Below, in pieces: positions 11,424-23,356 of a stretch of DNA of 64,000 bases (its first letter is position 1; the number at the start of each line of letters is the position of its first letter). The stretch covers positions 54,684,001 through 54,748,000 of the forward strand of contig OZ024744.1 of assembly GCA_964016885.1 (NCBI GenBank). Direction: 5' to 3'. Both the position numbers and the translations under genes were made by a program. The notes under the pieces were generated by a model. That model was not told the DNA's origin. It worked only from the letters and a program-made list of their open reading frames with translations, and did no database searches. The DNA is from Eledone cirrhosa. Lineage: Eukaryota.

Positions 11424-12029
11424 TATGTCAGGTCACCAGTTGGTGCTACTGGTAACATGTATCCCAGTACAACCTGTCTCATGGTCGGGTCGTTGGCGAC
11501 TAAACTGGCAACCCCACCAAGGTTTCTTGGTGAGGAGGGTGACTTTGGACATCCTGCAGGACTAAAAACAAAACCTGTCAAAGGGCAAGGGAGCTCTTAA
11601 GACTCAATAGCCATCCAAAATCACCGGGAGAGATGACCCCTTAGCCTTTGTCAAGGCAGAATTCTAGGAGAAGGAAAACTCTGATATAACACCTGCAACC
11701 CTGATGGTATCCAATGATGTTGACTTGTTCTTCTTTTTGGTAAATATCATCTTGGTTAAGAGAGTGGGACTGGCTTTGTGCAGTGCCTTTGCTCACTATA
11801 AAAGCTTCACAGCACAGGCATTGCTTTGTATCTGGAGATCTCTCTGCACTTGTCATCACATGGTCAATATGATGCACTATGTGTCAATAATGGTCACAAG
11901 TGTAGTCTTTGTACCAGAGTTTTCAAGTCGCTGGCTGGACTAAAAAGTCACATTCGTTCAGCGCATCGGTAGGGGTTCTCCTACATGGATATAAAGCAGT
12001 GGCCGTACTCGAAAACGAGTTGGCAGCCA

Positions 12030-12032
<3 letters not shown>
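11424..12032 (+). mobile_element. Non-autonomous RTE-derived element, copy 2
   Basis: Near-identical direct repeat of 9968-10578. Confidence 0.65.
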
Positions 12033-12073
<41 letters not shown>

Positions 12074-12105
12074 AGATCAAAAGATGGTTAAAGGAGTTCC
12101 ATGTA

Positions 12106-12172
12106 TTTTATTATGCGCATTTCAAAAACAAACATCATCATGCAATAATATTTGTGTTTTCATCAGATAAAA
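12106..12172 (-). ncRNA. Hammerhead ribozyme
   Basis: Reverse complement: ttttat-CTGATGA-aaacacaaatattat...atgatgtttgttttt-GAAA-tgcgca-TA-ataaaa. A second copy lies at 39839-39907. Confidence 0.85.
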
Positions 12173-12264
12173 CAGGAGAACATGATATGGAGGCTAAAAA
12201 ACACTTGTGGATAGTGCAGTTTTAAATCAACATATGAAAAGTGGTTTTAGATTGATGTGTGATA

Positions 12265-12690
12265 TTGGGAAAAATATTTTATTTAGAGAGGGGGGTGGTG
12301 GAAAGGATGAAAAGGGAAGGAGATGAGAGGGAGAGATGGGTGATAGAGAGAAAGAGATAGTTTTTATAACTGAGAGGAGATATATTTTTTGCATAGAGAG
12401 GTTGAAAACCGTTGGAAGATACTGTATAAATTAAAAATTTTGAAAATTAACGAAGGGAGGATATGTGCGAGGAAAAAATATTTTATTTAGGGAGGGGGGT
12501 GGAAAGGATGAAAAAAAGGGGGAGGAGATGAGAGTGAAGGTGGAGAGGGAGAGATGGGTGATAGAGAGAAAGAGATAGTTTTTATAACTGAGAAAAAGAT
12601 ATATTGTTTTAACATAGAGAGGTTGGGAACCGTTGGAAGATAATGTATAAATTAAAGGAATTTGAAAATTAACGAAGGGAAATTATGACC
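12265..12690 (-). repeat. Two diverged tandem copies (about 205-220 bp) upstream of the HHR, possible PLE coding relic
   Basis: Direct duplication. The minus strand reads KIFNLYSIFQRFSTS..ISS, loosely similar to the motif at 12830-12915. Confidence 0.5.
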
Positions 12691-12699
12691 ATTCCAATA

Positions 12700-13232
12700 A
12701 TTTTAATAAAAGACCTAGATACAAAAACATAATCTGGTATAATGCTCCTTTCTCCATCTCTATTAATAACAATATTCCTAAATTATTTTTTAGTGCCTTA
12801 AATAAATGCTTCCCTCCCTCACATATCTATAGTAAAATATTTAACAAACACACCATCAAATTTTCGTATTCTACATCCTCCAATATTTCCAACATCATCT
12901 CTAAACACAACAATAAAATACATAATCTGGTATAATGCTCCTTTCTCCATCTCTATTAATAACAATATTCCTAAATTATTTTTTAGTGCCTTAAATAAAT
13001 GCTTCCCTCCCTCACATATCTATAGTAAAATATTTAACAAACACACCATCAAATTTTCGTATTCTACATCCTCCAATATTTCCAACATCATCTCTAAACA
13101 CAACAATAAAATACATAATCTGGTATAATGCTCCTTTCTCCATCTCTATTAATAACAATATTCCTAAATTATTTTTTAGTGCCTTAAATAAATGCTTCCC
13201 TCCCTCACATATCTATAGTAAAATATTTAACA
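12700..13232 (+). pseudogene. Naiad-type PLE RT C-terminal fragment, tandemly amplified (193-bp unit, about 2.6 copies)
   Basis: Translates KRPRYKNIIWYNAPFSISINNNIPKLFFSALNKCFPPSHIYSKIFNKHTIKFSYSTSSNISNIISKHNNKI. Units start at 12728, 12921 and 13114. Confidence 0.7.
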
Positions 13233-13313
13233 GCCTTCTGACGAGGATCTCTTTCTCAATGGAAATCCATTTGGATTATCTATTTGTTTGGGATCTGAAA
13301 CCGCGGTAAAGGC
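13233..13313 (+). ncRNA. Hammerhead ribozyme with long stem II
   Basis: gcctt-CTGACGA-ggatct...ggatct-GAAA-ccgcgg-TA-aaggc. Confidence 0.85.
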
Positions 13314-13499
13314 ACATATAGTAAGTACAGTGAATTTTTTGAAATTTATTTTAAAATTTTTTCTTTATTTGCTTTCCCTTGATTTTATATGTTCTGGCTT
13401 GTTAATTTATTAACTTGCCATTGAACCACACTGGCATACGGTCGGACTATACTTGTATCCCTATGTGTATTACTTACATGTAGGAATACATACTTTTAC

Positions 13500-13530
<31 letters not shown>

Positions 13531-13945
13531 TCATATATATACCTATACACACCCACTGTAGAAACCATATCAAAAGGTTTAGATGGCTCTTTAGTTGTGT
13601 CAGGGCACGACAACCTCTCTGGTGCTGGTGAACTCCACAATAAACACTCAACACATTCTAAAAAGTGGTTGGTGATAGAAAGGGTATGACACCATAGAAA
13701 ACCTGCCAAAGCAAAATGTGAAAAGGACTCTTCAGCTCCAAAGATATAACTTCTCTAGGGTTGGTGTTATCATGAAAATGTATTTAGTAAAGTGTGGAAT
13801 TGCTTGAAAACTGATCAGTCTTATGTATGTCAAACCAGGGAAAACTGGTATTAAATTCATGATAACGATGCTATGTGCATGTGCATGTGTGTGTATGTAA
13901 GTGTATGTAATGAATAATGTTATGATGTGATACAGTAAACCAATG

Positions 13946-13982
<37 letters not shown>

Positions 13983-14515
13983 CTTTATGTGTGAAGGCTG
14001 TAATGTCACCATAGATTATAAGATAGTAGTGTCTAGTGTCGTAATGGTGGTGGTGGTGGTATGGTGGTGGTGGCAGCGGAAGTGGGTTTTTTTTTTCCTT
14101 TTAACTGTGTGATCTTCATTGGGAAGAAGGATGATGAAATATTTTGTTAAGATACAAAGACTACATTTTTCGTTATGTTAATTGAAAATATATAAGTTTA
14201 GATTGCACATTGCAGGAATGATTATAAGATGGAAATTTATGTTTGCGGGGAGATATCTGAATGTAAAAGATATCAGCATGTGTCCAAATTAAAGATGGGG
14301 CGGGGGTGTAAGATGTCTTGACATCTGTTTTAGCAGAGGGTGTGGTTAGAGTTTAGAGAAAAGTAGAGTACATTTATGAACTTTTCTATGTGTGCTATGA
14401 AAACAGGCATAGAATGAGTGTACTGCTTTGAGTGCAGAAGTGATGCCCCCCCACCCACACAGAGACACACAGACACACGCACACATGCACACAAGCGCGC
14501 GCACACACACGCACA

Positions 14516-14577
<62 letters not shown>

Positions 14578-14601
14578 TGTGTACAGAGAGAGAGAGATTA
14601 C

Positions 14602-14775
14602 ATAGAAGTGAATTCTACAGGATTAGAACTGTTTCGTTCATATGAAATCATCAGAAATGTTCTGTTTCAGTCCTGTAGAAGTCATTTCTATATAAAATAT
14701 GTAGCTTTCCATTTAACTTATTGAGTACCCTACTTATCTATGGTCTCTTTCGAATTCCCTTTGGAAAATCATACT
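14602..14775. mobile_element. Small fold-back element with partial HHR core
   Basis: Inverted repeat at 14602-14628 and 14664-14690. The minus strand has CTGATGA-tttc(atat)gaac-GAAAc. A tail runs into (TA)n. Confidence 0.45.
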
Positions 14776-14816
<41 letters not shown>

Positions 14817-14918
14817 TTTACTAATTTATACTTATTCCTAATTAAACTATTTTTCACTGGGAAAAATTTGTCAGCATTTTCTTTTCCTTTTTACTAATAT
14901 ATATATATACATATATAT

Positions 14919-16056
14919 CATCATCATCATCATCATCAACGTTTAACGTCCGTGTTCCACGCTTGCATGGGTTTGGACGGGGGTTTTCCCACTTGAGGCA
15001 AGAGTGATTGTCTTGCTCGCATAGGACTGTCTGGCAGGTTTTCTACAGTTGGATGCCCTTCCTAACACCAACCACATTTACAGTGTGGGTCTGGGAGGTT
15101 TTTACCGTGTTGCCTACACGGCCACATTACAGCGTGGACTGTGTGTTTTTTTGTCGTGACACCTACACGATCTCATTTGTTTCGGTCTGGATGGTGTGGC
15201 ACCAACATAACTTTACATAGAAGGGGGCGGTGTGGTGGGGGTGGTGGGACGGGGGTGTATTTTGTTAGAGATGCCTACTGACTGTAGTAGGTTTTACTAT
15301 GTATTTAGGTAAGGCGGGTCTTCTCTATTACTGAGTACCGCCAAAGGTCTCGGTCCAGTGACATTGTCTTGGAGAGGTGTAAGTGTGTGAGGTCGGAGTT
15401 TATCAGCTCGTCCCAGGTTTTTCTAGGTCTGCCTATTCCGTGGCTACCGTCTATCTTTATTGCCCTGCACTTTGTTATACAGCTATCGACTTTCATGCGC
15501 ATCACGTGTCCATACCAACGTAGCCTTCTCTCGAGTAAACAACATCTGATCCCTCTTATTTCTAATGTTTTCCTTAGTTCGTTTATGCTTTGCCGTTCAT
15601 GTATATTACTATTACACATCCAGCGGAGCATGCAAGCTTCGTTCCTCTCTAGTCTGCATATATCCTCTGCACACAATGCCCAGGTCTCACTGCCATGCAA
15701 CATTGCTGTCCGTATGCAGGCATCATACAACCTGCCTTTCATTTTTAGGGAGAACCCTTTAGCGGCTAATAGTGGTATAAGCTCTCTGAACTTTTTCCAT
15801 CCAGTTCTGACTCTAGCTACTGTACTTTCAGAGCACCCTCCCCCACTGCTGATTTTGTCACCCAGGTAACGGAAGCTGCCCACTATTTCTATAGAGCCCT
15901 CTGCGCAGTTGAAAGAGCTAGTATTTTGTGGGCACTTGCTGCTACTTATTGCACCAGAGCACCGGCCACATGTGAAATCTATGTTCTTAGTTAGCTTACC
16001 TGTGATCCCACTACATCTTTTATGCACCCATACTTTGCATTTCTGACACAAAATGG
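14919..16056 (-). mobile_element. RTE LINE, 5'-truncated
   Basis: ORF 15305-16111 is nearly identical to the C-terminus of 21024-22418. It has a 3'UTR and (GAT)n tail. Confidence 0.92.
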
Positions 16057-16082
<26 letters not shown>

Positions 16083-16087
<5 letters not shown>

Positions 16088-17003
16088 TGCATACGAACAG
16101 CAATGCTGCATGGCAGTGAGACCTGGGCATTGTGTGCAGAGGATATACGCAGACTAGAGAGGAACGAAGCTTGCATGCTCCGCTGGATGTGCAATAGTAA
16201 TATACGTGAACGGCAAAGCATAAACGAACTAAGGAAAAAATTAGAAATAAGAGGGATCAGATGTTGTTTACTCGAGAGAAGGCTACGTTGGTACGGTCAC
16301 GTGATGCGCATGAAAGACGACAGCTGTATAACAAAGTGCAGGGCAATAAAGATAGACGGTAGCCACGGAGTAGGCAGACCCAGAAAAACATGGGACGAGC
16401 TGATAAATTCCGACCTCACACGCTTACACCTCTCCAAGACAATGTCACTGGACCGAGACCTTTGGCGGTACTCAGTAATAGAGAAGACCCGCCTTACCTA
16501 AATACAAAGTAAAAACCTACTACAGTCAGTAGGCATCTCTATCAAAACACCCCCCCCCCGTCCCACCACCCCATCCACACCGCCCCTTTCAATGTACAGT
16601 TATGTTGGCCCCACAACATCCAGGCCGAAACAAATGAGATCGTGTAGGTGTCACGACAAAAAAACACACAGTCCACGCTGTAAATGTGGCCGTGTAGGCA
16701 ACACGGTAAAAACCTCCCAGCCCCACACTGTAAATGTGGTTGGTGTTAGGAAGGGTATCCAGCTGTAGAAAACCCGCCAGACAGTCCACGCTGTAATGTG
16801 GCCGTGTAGGCAACATGGTAAAAACCTCCCAGCCCCACACTGTAAATGTGGTTGGTGTTAGGAAGGGCATCCAACTGTAGAAAACCCGCCAGACAGTCCT
16901 ATGCGAGCAAGACAACCACTCTTGCCTCAAGTGGGAAAACCCCCGTCCAAACCCATGCAAGCGTGGAACACGGACGCTAAACCTGATGATGATGATGATG
17001 ATG

Positions 17004-17005
<2 letters not shown>
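16083..17005 (+). mobile_element. RTE LINE, 5'-truncated
   Basis: MLHGSETW...RRLRWYGHVMRM...GRPRKTW, 3'UTR with an internal duplication of about 120 bp, and a (GAT)n tail. Confidence 0.92.
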
Positions 17006-17060
<55 letters not shown>

Positions 17061-17089
17061 CATATATATATACTAAGGACTTCCCTGGG

Positions 17090-19385
17090 GAAGAATGCAC
17101 TGGCTAGCACAAGTTAGTTATTAGTGACATCAAAATAACCAAGACAGAACAAGGCATTCAGAAAAATATGGAGATGGAGGGTGAGAAAAGCTAAAGGATC
17201 GCTTGGTTAAAAATAAGTTTAGAAAGGCCCTACAGGATGCATTTGATGAAAGGAGTGATAAGCTAGATACATATAATGTTAAAGACAACTAGAAATTCTT
17301 ATGTGACAACCTTTTGCGAACTCCTTACAAGACTTGCGGCTGGAGTAAAGCACCAACCAGACAGAGGGTGACCTGGTGGTGGAACAGCACAGTAGATATA
17401 GCCAATAAAATCAAGAGACAGGGAAAATGGGGGTAGCAGAGACCTGTACCTGATAGCTAAGAGAGAAGTTAAGGGACAGGGATACACTGCTCAGAGAGAG
17501 GCTGAAAAAAGAAAGTTTCCCAATGTTCTGAGACGTGAGAATCAGAAATATGCAAGGCAGTGTGTTAGTGTAAATCGAGATGTTGTTGGGGGAAAATGTG
17601 TAAGAAATTACGCTGGTGCACTTAGCACCACTGATGCTCAAAAGAAAGAGGCCTGGAAATGTTATTATGAGAGTTTGATGAATGTAGAGAATGAATGGGA
17701 AGAAGAGAAACTACCCCCAACTTACCCAAAGGAAGGAGCAGCTATTGAAGTTGACAGTTTTAGGGTCAATGACACAATCAAGGAGATGAAGAATGGTAAA
17801 GCTGCAGGATCATCAGAAATAGTTGCTGAGATACTAAAAGCATCCAGAGAAGTAGGAGTCAAACTAGTAACCCGTATAATAAATCAAATAATACATGACA
17901 GAGTCATACCCAATGACTTGTGCAACAGTACAATCATAAATTGCTACAAGGGCAAAGGTAATGCTCTAGAAAGGAGCAACTATAGAGGAATATAACTAAT
18001 AGACCAAGTTATAAAAATGACAGAAACAGTTCTAACACAGCTAATTAGGGAAAGAGTCAAATTAGATGAGATGCAGTTTGGTTTCATGCCTGGTAAAAGT
18101 ACTGCAGATGATCTGTTCATAGTGAGGCAACTACAAGAGAAGTTCCTAGCCAAAAAGTAGCCACTATATTTAGCTTTTGTTGATCTAGAGAAGGCCTTTG
18201 ATAGAGTATCTCGTTCTATTATCTGGTTGTCCTTAAGAAAATTAGGTGTAGAAGAATGGCTTGTGAGAACAGTGCAAGCTATGTACAGAGGAGATGTCAG
18301 TAAAGTGAGAGTAGGAAATAAATTTAGTGAAGAATTCAAGGAACAGAAAGGAGTTCATCAAGGTTCAGTTCTTAGCCCACTGCTGTTCATCATAGTTCTT
18401 CAGGCCATAATAGAGGAGTTTAAAATGGGCTGCACATGGAAACTTCTCTATACAGAGGATTTGGTCCTCATATCTGAAACCAAAAAAGAACTAGAAAAAA
18501 TATTCTGATTATGGAAACTGAATTTAGAATCAAAAGGTCTGAGAGTAAGCTTAGCCAAAACTAAAGTGCTAGTGAGTAGGAGAAAAGATAAGACCCAGAT
18601 TCCCCCAGGGAAGTGGCCCTGCTCAATATGTTGAAAAGGTGTAGGCATAAACTCCATGCAATGTACACAATGTAAATCCTGAGTATACAAAAGATGTAGT
18701 GGGATAACAGGCAGATTAACAGGAAGGGAGAACTTTGCATGTAGATGATGCACAGGAGAAATCGAGAGGAAGTGTGCCATTGATATAAATCTTTTCCAGT
18801 CACAGGAAGGATCCATAGACGTGGTTGATAGCTTTTGCTATCTAGGTGTCCTAATTAGCAGTGGAGGAGGGTGCAGCAAGAGTATAATAGCTAGAATAAG
18901 GATAGGATGGAAGAAGTTTAGAGAACTACTCTCACTGCTGACAACAAAAGGTTTCTCCCTATGTACAAAAGGAAGGCTGTATGATGCCTGTGTGTGTGCA
19001 GTGTGCGATACTGCATGGTAGTGGAACATGGGCTGTGACTGCAGAGGACATGTGTAGACTGGAGAGAAATGAAGCGCCATGTTTTGTTGGATGTGCAATG
19101 TAAATGTGAGAGAAAGGCAGAGCTTAGAAGAGCTGAGGGAGAAGCTGGGTTTAAGGTGGTGTGCAAGAGTGAAGACTGCATTGGTATGGACATGTGATGC
19201 ACATGGACAATGACCAATGGGTAAAGAAAGACCTGGAAAGAGGTCATGAGTGCAGACCTCAAATCACTGAGACTGGCAGAGGAGAGGATGAAGGAACTCG
19301 ACAAGTGGAGAAATGCCATGCTGAGAAGGATCCGTCCAACCCATGAAAAAGTAGAAGTAAAACTGATGTTGTTGATGATGATGAT
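17090..19385 (+). mobile_element. RTE LINE, older degenerate copy
   Basis: Fragments MKNGKAAGSSEIVAE, NYRGI, FVDLEKAFDRV, GVHQGSVLSPLLF with stops and frameshifts, and a GAT-type tail. Confidence 0.88.
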
Positions 19386-20629
19386 TAATAGATGCTTTTC
19401 ATTGGATTTCAGTCAACTATAAGTTTTATAGTTATTGCTGATAAATGCATACATCTGCCATTCTCATGGGTGTTTTTGTGGCTAATACATGTGACCTCTG
19501 ATAATGAAGGATGTATGCCTTTATTAGCAAGGACTATGGAACAAATAGTTCCTTAAACTCCACCTAAAACTTACTTTTAAAACTATATATCAATTATTTC
19601 TATATACATACATATACATATTCACACACACATAGACAACATAAATACTTGCAGTATTTATTTAGAGAGAGGCATAGGTAATAAATGATCAAGAGAGAGA
19701 GAGAGACAGAGGCAGAGAGCAAGAGGCAAAATGGCAGAGAGAGAGAGAGAATGCGTGGGCAAAAAGAGTGAAAAGGTGTAACACTGAAAAAAAACAAAAA
19801 CGCATGACTGATAAAGAGAGAAAAGAGAGGTAGAAAAAGTAACAGAAAGTCAGAGAGAAGAGTTTGGGTGTGTGTATGTATGTGAATGAAACACATACAT
19901 AACTCAATAGATGTTAGACAATTATAAGTAAGATTACCGTGGGAATGAATTATAAGGAAGTTAAAAAGAAAACTCTTTATTATAAAAGAAATTGTCCAAC
20001 GAAAATTGTAAAAAAAAAATCTTACAGTTACTGTATTGCTAATGAAATACAGAAATATGTTATTTCAATTAAAGCATACATAATTTTCGTGATTTATTTC
20101 AGTTAATTAATGAAGAATTTTGAGGGATTTACTAAAATTATTAATCAGGGACAGTGGAAGTATTTCTGAATTGTGGAGGGCCAAATTTGGTCAATTTAGT
20201 TGTAGGGATTAGTTTAGCTCTTTGCAATCTAAAATGGTGAGGAAACTTCAATATGTGATAAACGTACATAAATTGTAGCACATATACAAATAGATGTGTG
20301 TTTTGGTATTTGGGGAGAAAATATATAATTGTTGGGGGGCACATATAAATATGTATTCGTGTAGGACACACCATAAAAAGGTCCCAGACCACACTGTAAA
20401 TGTGGTTGGTGTTAGGAAGGGCATCCAGCCATAGAAAACCTGCCAAATAGTCCTATACAAGCAAGACAGTCACCCAACCAATCTTGTCTCAAGTGGGACA
20501 ATTCCCGTCTAACACATGCTAGCATGGAAGATAGACATTAAACGACGATGATGATGATGATGATGATATCATCATCATCATCATCATCATCATCGTTTAA
20601 CGTCCATCTTCCACGCTATATATATATAT

Positions 20630-22936
20630 AGAAGGTAGCTTGGAAGTGTCACATAAGAAGGTAGCTTGGAAGTGTCACTACGAAAGGCTTCTAAATGAGG
20701 AGAACAAATGGGAGAAAGACAGTCTCCCCCACATCGACCCAATAGAGGGACCAGCAGTGTTAGTCCAGGGTAGTACAATAAGCAAGGCAATCAAAGATAT
20801 GAAGACGGGTAAGGCGGCTGGTCCTTCGGAAATAGTTGCTGAGATGCTGAAGGCATCTGGTTCGGTGGGACACACCATGGTCACCCGCATAGTTAACCAA
20901 GTCGTACAGAATGGGGTTGTTCCGAAGGACTGACGTAGCAGCATCATCGTTAACTGCTATAAGGGAAAAAGAGATGCCCTAGATAGGAGTAACTATAGAG
21001 GCATTAAATTAATCGACCAGGTCATGAAGGTCACGGAAAAAGTAATAGCGCAACTAATCAGAGAGAGAATTGATCTAGATGAAATGCAGTTCGGGTTTGT
21101 GTCAGGCAAAAGTACCACAGACGCTCTTTTCATTGTACGACAACTACAGGAGAAGTACCTAGCTAAAAGTAAACCCCTATACTTAGCTTTCGTCGACTTG
21201 GAGAAAGCCTTCGACAGAGTCCCCCGTTCCATTATCTGGTGGTCTCTTAGAAAACTAGGTGTTGACGAATGGCTTGTGAGAGCTATACAAGCCATGTATA
21301 AAGAAACAGTCAGTAAGGTTAGAATTAACAACGAATATAGTGAAGAGTTTAGCGTAAAAGTTGGTGTCCATCAGGGCTCTGTTCTTAGCCCCCTACTATT
21401 TATTATTGCCCTTCAGGCTATAACAGAGGAGTTCAAGACCGGCTGCCCATGGGAACTCCTATACGCAGATGATCTAACGCTCATAGCTGAATCAATGACC
21501 GAACTAGAGAAGAAATTCCAAACATGGAAGCACGGCCTAGAATCAAAAGGCCTTAAAATTAACCTGGCTAAGACTAAAGTTCTAGTTTGTAGGAAAGAAA
21601 ATAAGGCGGCGGTCCCATCTGGGAAATGGCCATGCTCAGTGTGTAGGAAAGGCGTAGGTAGAAACTCCATTTTATGTCCCAAATGCAAAGTATGGGTGCA
21701 TAAAAGATGTAGTGGGATCACAGGTAAGCTAACTAAGAACATAGATTTTACATGTGGCCGGTGCTCTGGTGCAATAAGTAGCAGCAAGTGCCCACAAAAT
21801 ACTAGCTCCTTCAACTGCGCAGAGGGTTCTATAGAAATAGTGGACAGCTTCCGTTACCTGGGTGACAAAATCAGCAGTGGGGGAGGGTGCTCTGAAAGTA
21901 CAGTAGCTAGAGTCAGAACTGGATGGAAAAAGTTCAGAGAGCTTATACCACTATTAGCCGCTAGAGGGTTCTCCCTAAAAATGAAAGGCAGGTTATACGA
22001 TGCCTGCATACGAACAGCAATGCTGCATGGCAGTGAGACCTGGGCATTGTGTGCAGAGGATATACGCAGACTAGAGAGGAATGAAGCTTGCATGCTTCGC
22101 TGGATGTGCAATAGTAATATACGTGAACGGCAAAGCATAAACGAACTAAGGAAAAAATTAGAAATAAGAGGGATCAGATGTTGTTTACTCGAGAGAAGGC
22201 TAAGTTGGTACGGTCACGTGATGCGCATGAAAGACGACAGCTGTATAACAAAGTGCAGGGCAATAAAGATAGACGGTAGCCACAGAGTAGGCAGACCCAG
22301 AAAAACATGGGACGAGCTGATAAATTCCGACCTCACACACTTACACCTCTCCAAGACAATGTCACTGGACCGAGACCTTTGGCGGTACTCAGTAATAGAG
22401 AAGACCCGCCTTACCTAAATACAAAGTAAAAACCTACTACAGTCAGTAGGCATCTCTATCAAAACACACCCCCGTCCCACCACCTCCACCCCATCCACAC
22501 CACCCCTTTCAATGTAAAGTTATGTTGGTCCCACAACATCCAGGCCGAAACAAATGAGATCGTGTAGGTGTCACGACAAAAAAACACACAGTCCACGCTG
22601 TAAATGTGGCCGTGTAGGCAACACGGTAAAAACCTCCCAGCCCCACACTGTAAATGTGGTTGGTGTTAGGAAGGGCATCCAGCTGTAGAAAACCCGCCAG
22701 ACAGTCCACGCTGTAATGTGGCCGTGTAGGCAACACGGTAAAAACCTCCCAGCCCCACACTGTAAATGTGGTTGGTGTTAGGAAGGGCATCCAACTGTAG
22801 AAAACCCACCAGACAGTCCTATGCGAGCAAGACAACCACTCTTGCCTCAAGTGGGAAAACCCCGTCCAAACCCATGCAAGCGTGGAACACGGACGCTAAA
22901 CCTGATGATGATGATGATTATGATGATGATGATGAT
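20630..22936 (+). mobile_element. RTE LINE, 5'-truncated, young
   Basis: Long RT ORF, 3'UTR and (GAT)n tail, bounded by (TA)n on both sides. Confidence 0.95.
21024..22418 (+). CDS. RTE reverse transcriptase with internal C4HC3 (PHD-like) finger (partial)
   Basis: QFGF, DLEKAFD, GVHQGSVLSPLLF, LLYADD, CSVC..CPKC..HKRC..CGRC, FRYLG, HGSETW, RGRPRKTW-like. There is an upstream in-frame TGA at 20931. Confidence 0.9.
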   Translation: MKVTEKVIAQLIRERIDLDEMQFGFVSGKSTTDALFIVRQLQEKYLAKSKPLYLAFVDLEKAFDRVPRSIIWWSLRKLGVDEWLVRAIQAMYKETVSKVRINNEYSEEFSVKVGVHQGSVLSPLLFIIALQAITEEFKTGCPWELLYADDLTLIAESMTELEKKFQTWKHGLESKGLKINLAKTKVLVCRKENKAAVPSGKWPCSVCRKGVGRNSILCPKCKVWVHKRCSGITGKLTKNIDFTCGRCSGAISSSKCPQNTSSFNCAEGSIEIVDSFRYLGDKISSGGGCSESTVARVRTGWKKFRELIPLLAARGFSLKMKGRLYDACIRTAMLHGSETWALCAEDIRRLERNEACMLRWMCNSNIRERQSINELRKKLEIRGIRCCLLERRLSWYGHVMRMKDDSCITKCRAIKIDGSHRVGRPRKTWDELINSDLTHLHLSKTMSLDRDLWRYSVIEKTRLT

Positions 22937-23185
22937 ATATATATATATATATTTGAAAAAAGGAAAAGAATGATTTTACTTGTAGTTCTAAACAATTTAA
23001 TTTTATAATATTACAATTTTACAATTGCTAAAAAATTGAAATATTATATCACAAACTCACATATAATATCTATATATCTATCTGTCCATCTGTCTATCTA
23101 TCTATCTACCTATCTATATATATATATATATGTTTAACCCATGCTAGTGTGGAAGATGGACGTTAAATGATGATGATGATGATAT

Positions 23186-23310
23186 GTTTATCTGTCTGAT
23201 GAGCTTTAGGCTGATTCGGCTTTAACAAGAAATAGTTGTATACATACATGTATGTAAAGATATGTTTATGAATAAACATTTGAAAGCCTTTAGCTATAAA
23301 TTTTAAAGGT
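23186..23310 (+). mobile_element. Degenerate HHR-like element; related copy at 24800-25050
   Basis: CTGATGA...GAAA-tagttg-TA with poor stems. 23262-23308 is repeated at 24802-24848, and 24866-24900 is an inverted related segment. Confidence 0.4.
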
Positions 23311-23356
23311 GATGACTGATGCCATCTACCTTATTCCAGCATAGCCGTATACATAC

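Noticed and set aside
12728-13232. Regular repeats as a CRISPR-like array
   Set aside because: Contiguous 193-bp tandem units with no unique spacers and no cas genes, in a eukaryotic context.
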